From Octopus sinensis (lineage: Eukaryota), in NCBI RefSeq assembly GCF_006345805.1, contig NW_021826778.1, positions 1 to 11,996 of the forward strand: a stretch of DNA of 11,996 nucleotides, in the 5' to 3' direction. Below, in pieces: positions 1 through 8,090 of this stretch. The notes below the pieces were generated by a model. That model was given only the letters and a program-made list of their open reading frames with translations. It was not told the origin of the DNA and did not search any database. Made by a program: the position numbers and the translations under genes. How positions within the stretch are numbered: the stretch's first letter is position 1; each line of letters begins with the position of its first letter.

Positions 1-113
1 TTGTTACATTTATACTGTTTGTCTTTATTCATTAATCCAGCCCCTGTACAACAATGCATCATCTATTTTAGGCCAAAATAGAATCTTAAATTTAGACCTA
101 TTCTTTGACGTAA

Positions 114-339
114 ACTCTCTTTACTCTTTTACTTGTTTCAGTCATTTGACTGCGGCCATGCTGGAGCACTACCTTTAGTCGAGGTAATCGACCCCGGGAA
201 TTATTCTTTGTAAGCCCAGTACTACTTATTCTATCGGTCTCTTTTTGCCGAACCGCTAAGTGGACGGGGACGTAAACACAACCACCAGCATCGGTTGTCA
301 AGCAATGCTAGGGGACAAACACACACACCACACACACAC

Positions 340-377
<38 letters not shown>

Positions 378-542
378 TACGACGGGCTTCTTTCAGTTTC
401 CGTCTACCAAATCCACTCACAAGGCTTTGGTCGGCCCGAGGCTATAGTAGAAGACACTTGCCTAAGATGCCACGCAGTGAGACTGAACCAGGAACCATGT
501 GGTTGGTAAGCAAGCTACTTACCACACAGCCACTCCTGCGCC
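114..542 (-). mobile_element. tRNA-derived SINE, family A, near full-length copy (tRNA head + CORE-like segment + internal (TA)/(CA) tract + 3' module)
   Basis: Minus strand begins GGCGCAGGAGTGGCTGTGTGG (A-box-like), then GGTTCAGTCTC (B-box-like) and GGCATCTTAGGCAAGTGTCTTC (resembles the CORE-SINE GACCTTGGGCAAGT motif). It ends in ...TGACTGAAACAAGTAAAAGAGTAAAGAG. Colinear with copies at ~798-1108, 4585-5003, 5317-5790 and 11924-11996. Confidence 0.9.
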
Positions 543-797
543 TATAACTAAACGTAAAACGTAACTAAAACTTAATATTTTCTCTCTTATTATCATTTTT
601 TATTTTCGTGTTACTGAAAACTAGGTCTTTGGACTGGCACACTTCGCCGTTCTTTTGTATCATTATATCTCCCCCGATATATTATTATAATATCTTTTGT
701 TTATACAGTCTAGTCTATGCTTGAAAAAGGAAGCATACACATCTAAGAAAGTACAGAATATCTGTCTCTTTTGCGTTTTTTTTTCTCATCTTGAAGC

Positions 798-1108
798 ATT
801 TTAGTCGAACGAATCGACACCAGTATTTAGTTTTAAAACCCTGATACTTATTATATCGGTTCTTTTGCTGAAACGCTAAGTTACAGGGACGTAAACACCA
901 ACATCGGTTGTTAATAGGAAGTGGGAAACAAATGCAGACACAATTTTACACACATAAGACGAGCTTCTTTCAGTTTTAGTCTACCAAACTTACTCACAAG
1001 TCTTTGGACGGCCAGAGGCCATAGTAGAAGAAAAATGCCCAAGTTGTCAAGCTATGAGACTGAACCGGGTCCCAAAGCAAACTTCTTATCACACAGCTAC
1101 ACCTCGGC
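798..1108 (-). mobile_element. SINE family A, diverged copy lacking the 3' end and with a deletion in the head
   Basis: Shares GACGAGCTTCTTTCAGTTT, CTACCAAA, ATAGTAGAAGA, GAGACTGAACC and TACTTATT(A/C)TATCGGT with the 114-542 copy. Confidence 0.8.
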
Positions 1109-1399
1109 AAATTATGATCATAGGGCCCCACACTTACGAGCCTCTATATTCTAAATACCACAGGCCCCCGATGTAAGCGCTAAACACTTATGCTATGCTA
1201 ATTAGCAATTCCAAATCTTTGGTGCTGCTAGATTTGATGTGTATATAAACAGATCGACTACTTGTTACTCTGGAATTGGTCAAATTGTACAGACACTGGA
1301 TGAAATTCCCAATAAGGGCTGAAAATGGATTAAGGCACTTTGCCCTTGTTTCAATCAACAGAGGAATAAATAAATTCGATATGTCTGTATGTCTACTAC

Positions 1400-1446
1400 G
1401 TAGCATTTTATCTGACGCGCTGATCATTCTACCAGTTCGCCGCTTT
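1400..1446 (-). mobile_element. Isolated head fragment of SINE family B
   Basis: Reverse complement AAAGCGGCGAACTGGTAGAATGATCAGCGCGTCAGATAAAATGCT resembles the head AAGGCGGCGAGCTGGTAGAAACGTTAGCACGC...AAATGCT. No core follows. Confidence 0.45.
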
Positions 1447-1456
1447 AAAACAGTAA

Positions 1457-1650
1457 AAATAATTCTTTCAAATTTAACCAGAAGACCAACCTTATTTTAG
1501 GGGCTAGCCAATTAAATCGACTTCAGTATTTGATTGGTATTCAATTTCATCGATCCAAAACGGACGAAAGGCAAAGTTGACCTCAGTGGTATGTGAACTC
1601 AAAAATCAAAGCAAGAAAAAATTTCGTTAAGTATTTTGTCCGGCGCGCAA
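1457..1650 (-). mobile_element. SINE family B unit 4 of array (old, 5'-truncated, tail type Y)
   Basis: Minus strand TTTGAGTTCACATACCACTGAGGTCAACTTTGCCTTTCGTCCGTTTTGGATCGATGAAATTGAATACCA...GTCGATTTAATTGGCTAGCCCC is a degenerate copy of the family B core. Confidence 0.7.
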
Positions 1651-1854
1651 AAATTCTCTTCTACTCGAGACATAAGGCCCGGAATTTTTGGGGAGGATGC
1701 CCAGTCGATTAGATCGACATCAGTACACAACTGGTACTTAATTTATCGACCCCGAAAGGATGAAAGGCAAAGTCGACCATGGGGAATTTGAACTCAGAAA
1801 GTAAAGACAGACGAAATACCGCCAAGCATTTTCGCTCAGCGTGCTAACGTTTCT
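1651..1854 (-). mobile_element. SINE family B unit 3 of array (head starts at GAAACGTTAG; tail type Y)
   Basis: Core GAGTTCAAATTCCCCATGGTCGACTTTGCCTTTCATCCTTTCGGGGTCGATAAATTAAGTACCAG, then tail GGCCTTATGTCTCGAGTAGAAG. Confidence 0.85.
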
Positions 1855-2036
1855 TTTTTCTTTATTGCCCACAAGGGGCTACACACAGAGGGGACAAACA
1901 AACAGACAAACGGATTAAACCGATTATATCGATCCCACTGCATAAATGGTACTTATTTAATCGACCCCGAAAGGATGAAAGGCAAGGTCGACCTCGGCGG
2001 AATTTGAACTCAGAACGTAACGGCAGATGAAATACC
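1855..2036 (-). mobile_element. SINE family B unit 2 of array (starts at GGTATTTC; tail type X)
   Basis: Core GAGTTCAAATTCCGCCGAGGTCGACCTTGCCTTTCATCCTTTCGGGGTCG, then tail TTTGTCCCCTCTGTGTGTAGCCCCTTGTGGGCAATAAAG. Confidence 0.9.
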
Positions 2037-2266
2037 TGTTTCTTTATTACCCACAAGGGGCTGAACACAGAGGGGACAAACAAGGACAGACAAACGGGTT
2101 AAGTCGATTACATCGACTCCAGTGCGTAAATGGTACTTAATTTATCAATCTGGAAAAGATGAAAGGCAAAGTCGACCTCGGCAGAATTTGAACTCAGAAC
2201 GTAAAGACAGACGGAATATGGCTACGCATTTCGCCCAGTTTCTAACGTTTCTACCAGCTCCCCGCC
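2037..2266 (-). mobile_element. SINE family B unit 1 of array (complete tRNA-like head; tail type X)
   Basis: Begins GGCGGGGAGCTGGTAGAAACGTTAG, has B-box GAGTTCAAATTC, core and tail X. The core resembles, from memory, the Meta/MESC-type central SINE domain (unverified). Confidence 0.9.
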
Positions 2267-2267
2267 T

Positions 2268-2500
2268 TAATAACAACAACAACAATAAAAATAACTACAA
2301 AGAAAAAAGGATTACCGGAAACTTTAACAACAGATTTAACAGGACAGAAGCGGCGTTAACTAAGCAATGTGTATTATAACAGCACAATGACAATGAGAAC
2401 AGAAACAGCTATGACAACAACGACTGTAATAATGACGATGACAACAAGCAAAACCACAGCAAAATGAACAACAAAAGACAATAACAATTGTAATAATAAA
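2268..2500. repeat. Imperfect (AAC/AAT/GAC)n trinucleotide region
   Basis: AACAACAACAACAAT..., GACAACAAC..., AATAATAATAAAT. Confidence 0.7.
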
Positions 2501-2744
2501 TAATCTAATTTTTAAAAAAAGGAATAAAGGAAAAGTAATTTAACACTCAAAACCCTTTTCCAAAAGCCTCTCCACATCATCGCCACCAAACGACGCGAAA
2601 TAAAATCGCCATGTATCATGTTCCATTTTATGAAATATTCGATGTATAATTCGTTTAATTAAAAATGGGCGGGAAATGGCGGCGTACAAAATAAAAATCA
2701 TATATACATATACAGGTATTGTATATATTTATGTAAATATATAC

Positions 2745-2787
2745 GTATGTATGTATGTATGTATGTATGTATGTATGTATGTATGTA

Positions 2788-2838
<51 letters not shown>
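2745..2838. repeat. Compound microsatellite (GTAT)n(GT)n
   Basis: Perfect GTAT run ~2745-2792 followed by GT run to 2838. Confidence 0.97.
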
Positions 2839-2840
<2 letters not shown>

Positions 2841-2841
<1 letters not shown>

Positions 2842-2886
2842 AACATCTGCTGACGAAAAATGTCGGAAACGTTAAAATAATTGTTT
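2841..2886 (+). ncRNA. Degenerate minimal type I hammerhead-like motif (A6C core variant)
   Basis: CTGCTGA (2847-2853), 3-bp stem II CGA/TCG (2854-2856/2863-2865), GAAAC-GTT (2866-2873) with palindromic ACGT stem III. Stem I is poor. Confidence 0.35.
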
Positions 2887-2991
2887 TGTTGACAATACAT
2901 ATAATAGTTGAGATGTGCCATAGTGACTGAGCGCTTCTAACAGCTAACGTTGCCATCACTGATGAAATATGAAGGAACTGAGGTTTCCTAT

Positions 2992-3221
2992 TGTTGCTGT
3001 CGCTGTTGTTGTTGTTGTTGTTGTTCTAGTTGTTCTTGTTGGAGGTAATAGTGGTGGGAGTAGTGGCGATGTTAAAGGTGGTGTTGTATTTTGTGGGGAA
3101 TTTTAGTGACGTTGGTAGCTGCGGTGAACGTTGTAGTGGTGGTAATCGTTTTGACAATGGTAGTGGTGGTGGCAGAGCAGCTGATGCTGCTGTTACTACT
3201 ACTACTACTACTACACTACAT

Positions 3222-3261
<40 letters not shown>

Positions 3262-3435
3262 GTTGATGGATTGTTTCCGTTAAATTATTGTTTATATTGT
3301 TGGTGTTCACTATAATGAAGAGAGTTATGGTGATGGTAGACGTAGTGATGCAGCAGCGGTAGGGGTAGTAGTGATGGTGGTAGTAGTGGTGGTTGTGGTA
3401 GTGGTGGTTGTGGTGGTTGTGCTGATTGCAGTAGC
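2992..3435. repeat. Compound trinucleotide region (GTT)n, (GTG/GGT)n, (TAC)n 3194-3261, (GTG/GTA)n
   Basis: Directly visible runs; these explain the poly-V/T/Y/H ORFs in the track. Confidence 0.9.
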
Positions 3436-3591
3436 ATTGACAAAATTTCATTACCATTAAGTGCGAAAAGCGGTTTTACTCAAGGCTTTCCTTCTGCTGC
3501 GAAAAGCAAACATATTCTCAGGGTCACTGTCTAAAAAATTTTCAAGTTTGATTAAATTTTTTCGCGTATTTCACCAAATATCTGTTTACAG

Positions 3592-3691
3592 AGCAAGTAT
3601 CAAATACTTTTAGTGGTGAATATGAAAACTGTACCTTCAGAAGATATTGAAAAAGTATTGCAGAAGCAGAAAATATCAAATCTATTTTCTG
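3592..3691 (+). CDS. Candidate internal coding exon of an unidentified gene (SKYQILLVVNMKTVPSEDIEKVLQKQKISNLFS-)
   Basis: Acceptor TCTGTTTACAG|AGC, 100 nt open in only one frame (phase 0 to 1), weak donor G|GTAGAT. Phase is compatible with the exon starting at 4080. Confidence 0.3.
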
Positions 3692-3857
3692 GTAGATAAT
3701 TAAGATCATTATGAGAATGACCAGGAAATTTATTTACTCGGTAAAGGATGAATTTACTCAGCAATAGCTAGAAACCATTGTCGGCTAATTCAAGGGGTCA
3801 TTCTCTAAGCCTAAAGACGGGACAGATTAAATCAAATGCATTCTCGTATTAAGACAC

Positions 3858-4005
3858 GCAGTTGGTCAAAAGAATCGTTAAAGGGTCCGAGAAATGCTTT
3901 CTATCTTTTGAGTTCAAATCCCGGTGAAACGCTCTCTGTCATCTGAATTCAAATCCCGGAGAAGTTGACTTAGCCTTTTATTCCTCCTTGATTGATGAAT
4001 AAAGA
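3858..4005 (+). mobile_element. Highly degenerate SINE family B remnant with duplicated B-box
   Basis: AGAATCGTTAAAG...GAAATGCTT...GAGTTCAAATCCCGG...AATTCAAATCCCGGAGAAGTTGACTTAGCCTTTTATTCC. Confidence 0.55.
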
Positions 4006-4079
4006 ACGAATCAATACTAGAGTTGATTCTTCGTCTTCTACACAAACACTTTCTACCTTCCTCCTTCCCTCTCACGCAG

Positions 4080-4337
4080 TTGAGTACACTACACTCGAGT
4101 TGGGAGAGGCGACGTTGGGATATCACTCTGTCTCATTTTGCCATGTATGGAACGAGATTCAGCTGGGTAAAAGACAAGCAATATTCTATCAGGCAGCAAG
4201 CTACAAAAACTTCCCTGCAGAATCATAAACATGGCGGGCGTACAAGAACAGATGTGTTGCACAGTAGGCAACAGGGAATTCCCCCACCTCTTACTAGCGT
4301 AAATGTTTTTACATTAGCGACACCAGATGTTTCTCAG
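4080..4337 (+). CDS. Candidate coding exon of an unidentified gene; frame ambiguous
   Basis: Strong polypyrimidine acceptor TTCTACCTTCCTCCTTCCCTCTCACGCAG|T in non-repetitive sequence. Phase 1 reads VEYTTLELGEATLGYHSVSFCHVWNEIQLGKRQAIFYQAASYKNFPAES* (stop 4226-4228). Phase 0 is open for 258 nt (LSTLHSSWERRRWDITLSHF...PDVSQ) to donor CAG|GTATAA at 4337/4338. Confidence 0.4.
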
Positions 4338-4584
4338 GTATAAGGTTTACATGCATGCGTTTTCATGAGAACGTGTAGATTGCTTGTTCAGGTGTGAATT
4401 ACAGGAGGGAAGAGAGAAAAACAAAACAAAGAAACAATTAATTTCATGGAGAATGTAGTCAAATTTGAACATAATTTTCGCCACAACGTTACAGTTCAGA
4501 GTTCTTTAATGATATTACGTAACGCAACTGGAGGTAGCAGAAGAATTTCTTTTTTCTTCTTAAATGTCTTTATTTTTGTTTTAC

Positions 4585-5003
4585 TTTCTTTTTCTTGCTT
4601 TAGTCATTTTGACTGCGGCCATGCTGTAGCACCGCTTTAAAAGGTTTTAGTTGAAAAACATCGACTGTAAAACTTATTCTTTGCTGGCCTAGTACTTATT
4701 CTATCGGTCACTTTTGCCGAACCGCTACGTAATGGAGACATAAACAAACCAGCATCGATTTTCAAGCGATGTTGGGGGAGGGGGACAAGCACACACACAC
4801 AAACATATATATATATACATACATACATATATACATACATATATAGATATGTATATATATACATATATACGACGAGCTTCTTTCAGTTTCGTCAACCAAA
4901 TCCACTTACAAGGCTATAGTAGAAGAGCCTTGCACAAGGTGCCACGCAGTGGGACTGAACCCGGAACCATGTGGTTGGGAAGCATGCTTCTTACCGCACA
5001 GCC
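4585..5003 (-). mobile_element. SINE family A copy with 17-nt internal deletion and slightly truncated 5' end
   Basis: Colinear with 114-542 from GTCATTTTGACTGCGGCCATGCT to GGAACCATGTGGTTGGGAAGCATGCTTCTTACCGCACAGCC. Confidence 0.9.
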
Positions 5004-5316
5004 TTTCATAATTTTGTTTTCATAAAAACATTACCACATTATTACATGGGTTATTAAAAATTTGAACACTAGAAGACTTTATAATGTTTCCTTGATGTCT
5101 GATGACAACAGATAACAATAAACAATGGACGTACTTCAAACAAGATCCCCGGAAATGCAACGTATACGATTTCTTATTTGTATTTTGCCGCATAAATTAT
5201 TTATAAGTGTATCATAAAATGGATCTGTTATATTGAAGACATTTTAAGTTAATGAACTAGAGACTGGAACGAGGATATTGCAAAAAATATTCGTCGAAAG
5301 TTCATTGGTTTATCTT

Positions 5317-5790
5317 TTATTTGTTTCATTCATTGAACTGAGGTCATGGTGGAGCACCGCTTTTTTCTAAAAAAAACTATTTTTAAGTCTCTTATATATT
5401 CTATCTGTTTCTTTGGTCGAACCGCTGTGGTATGAGAACGCAACTAAACCAATACAAGTTGTCAAAAACACACAAGACACTCACCCAGACACACACCCAC
5501 GCCCAGACCACCCCACACAAAGATGCACACACACACATACAAAAACATGCCTATGCATACATACATACATACACGCGCACACACACACACACACATACAC
5601 ACACACACACACACACACATACACACACACACACACACATATATATATACGAAGTGCTTCTATACATGTTCCTATTGTCAAATCATTGATCGGTACAGAG
5701 CGATAATAGGCCCGGAAACAATTGTCAAAGGTGCCACACAGGAGAACTAAATCTCGAACAAAATGGCTAGTTGTAAAGGTAAATACACAG
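5317..5790 (-). mobile_element. Old, degenerate SINE family A copy with expanded internal (CA)n tract (~5465-5650)
   Basis: TGTTTCATTCATTGAACTGAGGTCATGGTGGAGCACCGC, TTCTATCTGTTTCTTTGGTCGAACCGCT, ATATACGAAGTGCTTC and AAAGGTGCCACACAG occur in the family A order. Confidence 0.65.
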
Positions 5791-6037
5791 TTATGTAAAC
5801 GTCTCCCTATATAAACTCTCTCTCATCCTCTCTGTCTCTGTACACCCCCCCCCCACACTATTACAGATTGATTGGAGATACATAAATATCCTTATTTAAT
5901 GTATCTTAAATCATGAAGCTATTTGTAGCTCTATTGCTAATTGTGGAAATTGAATGATATTTAACTATCTCCCTCCCTCAATCCCTCCTCTCTCTCTGGA
6001 CGGAGTAACTTCTTGTTGATCTTACCTATAGTGGAAC

Positions 6038-6038
<1 letters not shown>

Positions 6039-6068
<30 letters not shown>

Positions 6069-6096
6069 TTATTCGTAGGTATATGTATATATATAT
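6039..6096. repeat. (TA)n tracts
   Basis: TA runs at 6039-6062 and ~6079-6096. Confidence 0.85.
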
Positions 6097-6207
6097 AACT
6101 TCTATGCTGGAGTAAGTACAGCATGTTCTTTGTCTATCTCCTTAACTTCTTGCAGATTTTAGGGATAATTATACAAATGTGTCTGTCTGTTCTAATTTAA
6201 TGTCTTT

Positions 6208-6296
6208 GTGCAGCTGAAGATTGCTCTGCATTTTAAATTGATGTAATGATTGCATTGTTCAATTAAACGGAGTTGCATGAAACGATCGTACTGCAT
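6208..6296 (+). ncRNA. Type I hammerhead ribozyme candidate with canonical core and long stem II
   Basis: Stem I GTGCAG (6208-6213)/CTGCAT (6291-6296); CTGAAGA (6214-6220); stem II 6221-6278 (U.U, then TGC/GCA, TCTG/CGGA, AATTGA/TCAATT, AATG/CATT); GAAAC (6279-6283); palindromic stem III ACGATCGT (6282-6289); GUA triplet with predicted cleavage after 6290. Confidence 0.7.
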
Positions 6297-6344
6297 TACC
6301 TCTGGATATCCTTGTTGCTTATTTTGATACATATGTAGGTATTG

Positions 6345-6475
6345 CTGTGTGTATGTATGTATGTATGCGTGTATATAAATATATATATATATATACACAC
6401 ACACAAACATATATACATACATACGTACGTATGTAAGTATACATGTATGCATGCATTTGTATGTGTATGTGTATA
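6345..6475. repeat. Compound (TG)/(TATG)/(TA)/(CA) microsatellite
   Basis: Directly visible. Confidence 0.9.
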
Positions 6476-6651
6476 AATTACGACACCTTAAAATATCTTT
6501 CTGTGTGTGAGACACTTCTCTTGCCCTTAACATTGATAGCGTTCCACTTTGTCCTGCACAACATTAAATCATTTCATAAATCTAATAATTTTAGCCACTT
6601 CACACAGGAAGCATTATTGATTTTTCTATATACGTTCTTTACGCTCCTCGT

Positions 6652-6764
6652 AATTATTATTATTGTTATTTGTATTACAAATATTATTTTCATTGTTATT
6701 ACAATTATTATTATTATTATTATTATTTTCATTTATTATATTATTATTATTATATTATTATTAT

Positions 6765-6808
<44 letters not shown>

Positions 6809-6914
6809 TTATTATTATTATTATTATATCATCATCATTATTATTATTATTATTATTATTATATTATTATTAATTATTATTATTATTATTAATTATTATT
6901 ATTATTTATTATTA
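6652..6914. repeat. Long imperfect (ATT)n microsatellite
   Basis: Directly visible; source of the poly-I/L/Y ORFs. Confidence 0.97.
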
Positions 6915-6916
6915 AA

Positions 6917-7140
6917 GGCAGCGAGCTGACAGAATCGTTAAAACACCGGCAAAAATGCTTAGCGGTATTTCGTCTGCCGCTACGTTCTGAGTTCAAATTC
7001 TGCCGAGGTCGACTTTGCCTTTCATCCTTTAGGGGTCGAAAGTATCAGTTACGCGATGGGGTCGATATAATCGACTTAATCCGTTTGTCTGTCCTTGTTT
7101 GTCTCCTCTGTGTTTAGCCCCTTGTGGGTAGTAAAGAAAT
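6917..7140 (+). mobile_element. SINE family B unit 1 (complete head, core, tail X)
   Basis: GGCAGCGAGCTGACAGAATCGTTAA...GAGTTCAAATTCTGCCGAGGTCGACTTTGCCTTTCATCC...CCCCTTGTGGGTAGTAAAGAAAT. Confidence 0.9.
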
Positions 7141-7341
7141 GGGTATTTCGTCCATCTTTACATTCTGTGTCCAAATTCCGCCGAGGTCGACTTTGCCTTT
7201 CCTCCTTTCGGCGGTGATGAAAAACAATACCAGTTACACACTGGGTCGATGTAATCAACTAGCTTAGCTCCCCCCGCCCCACGTCGCCACGCAAAAAAGA
7301 AAAGAATTTCAGGCCTTGTGCCTATAGTAGAACGGATTATT
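7141..7341 (+). mobile_element. SINE family B unit 2 (starts at GGTATTTCG; tail Y)
   Basis: CCAAATTCCGCCGAGGTCGACTTTGCC...AATTTCAGGCCTTGTGCCTATAGTAGAACGGATTATT. Confidence 0.85.
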
Positions 7342-7356
7342 AACGTTATTGCTATT

Positions 7357-7565
7357 AAGATGACGTGCAGCTTGAATTGTTAACACGCCTGATAAAATGG
7401 TTGACGGCAATTCTTTCGCCTTTACGTTCTGAGTTCAAATTCCTTCAAGACTGACTTCACTCTTCATCCTCTCCGGGTTGATAAAATATGCAATAGCCAA
7501 GTACTGGGTTCGATATAATCGACGGACCCCTATCCCGAAATTGCTAGCATTATGCGTAAATTATT
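7357..7565 (+). mobile_element. Older SINE family B unit 3
   Basis: TTTACGTTCTGAGTTCAAATTCC...TTCATCCTCTCCGGGTTGATAAAAT...GTACTGGGTTCGATATAATCGAC. Confidence 0.7.
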
Positions 7566-7884
7566 TATAACAATCGTTCACTTAACTCCTCCTGATACAT
7601 CTACGTCACGTCTCGCTCCATTACACAGCTTAGAGGCTCAACACTTTCCTCAACACATGCGCCGTTTCAAGTATTGTTGCTGACTGAATATTTCCTCTGA
7701 AGATTGGTAATTGTAGCTTTTGATGCCAGAATATTGATTCCTTTGAGATGGTCTCAAGTGCACCGATCATAATAGGTGTCACACTTACTTTTGATGCTCT
7801 ATGGCTTCCTTACAATTCTAATCCTAGGTGTTGGTACTTCCCGTATTTTTTTTCTCTCGTCCTCTGTCTTCACAATATTCTGGT
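7561..7884 (-). pseudogene. 3' end of an RLE-type (R2/R4/NeSL group) non-LTR retrotransposon: endonuclease C-terminus plus 3' UTR
   Basis: Minus strand reads NIVKTEDE, a frameshift near the T8 run (7846-7853), then KYQHLGLEL*GSHRASKVSVTPIMIGALETISKE...IQSATILETAHVLRKVLSL* (internal stop 7810-7812, terminal stop 7630-7632). This matches the KY..L / PI.IGALG / TA..LRKVL pattern of RLE C-termini. Confidence 0.75.
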
Positions 7885-8090
7885 GAGCTGGTAGAAACGT
7901 TAGCACACAGGGCGAAACGCTTAGCAGTATTTCGTCTGTCTTTACGTTCTGAGTTCAAATTCTGCCGAGTTCGACTTTACATTTCATCTTATCGCGGTCG
8001 ATAAATTAAGTACCAGTTGTGCACTGGGGTCGATCTAATCTACTAGCCCCCTCCCCCAAAATGTTGGGCCTTGTGCCTATAGTAGAAAAT
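7885..8090 (+). mobile_element. SINE family B monomer (tail Y) with 11-bp target-site duplication
   Basis: GAGCTGGTAGAAACGTTAGCAC...GGGCCTTGTGCCTATAGTAGAAAAT, flanked by AATATTCTGGT at 7874-7884 and 8091-8101. Confidence 0.92.

Noticed and set aside
1335-1368. Minus-strand CTGTTGA-TT-GAAAC hammerhead-like core
   Set aside because: No NUH site after a formable stem III and no stem I.
1690-2230. Regularly recurring ~40-nt palindromic-looking repeats resembling a CRISPR array
   Set aside because: The intervening sequences are homologous to each other (SINE units of ~180-230 bp), the context is eukaryotic, and there are no cas genes.
98-2379. ORFs at 98-301, 260-547, 921-1154, 1862-2083 and 2122-2379
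   Set aside because: They fall within SINE copies; similarity between their peptides reflects the repeat, not a gene family.
3766-3790. TAGAAACCATTGTCGG resembling the 3' half of the 8350 motif
   Set aside because: No CUGANGA core or stem I partner upstream.
5099-5135. CTGATGA here (also at ~2960)
   Set aside because: Not followed by a stem II and GAAA.
5714-5730. GAAAC-AATT-GTC palindrome like a hammerhead stem III
   Set aside because: It lies in a degenerate family A SINE segment and no upstream core was found.
6192-6533. 113-aa minus-strand ORF with a non-repetitive C-terminal part
   Set aside because: The 5' half is microsatellite, no convincing splice sites were seen, and the unique part is better explained by the plus-strand hammerhead.
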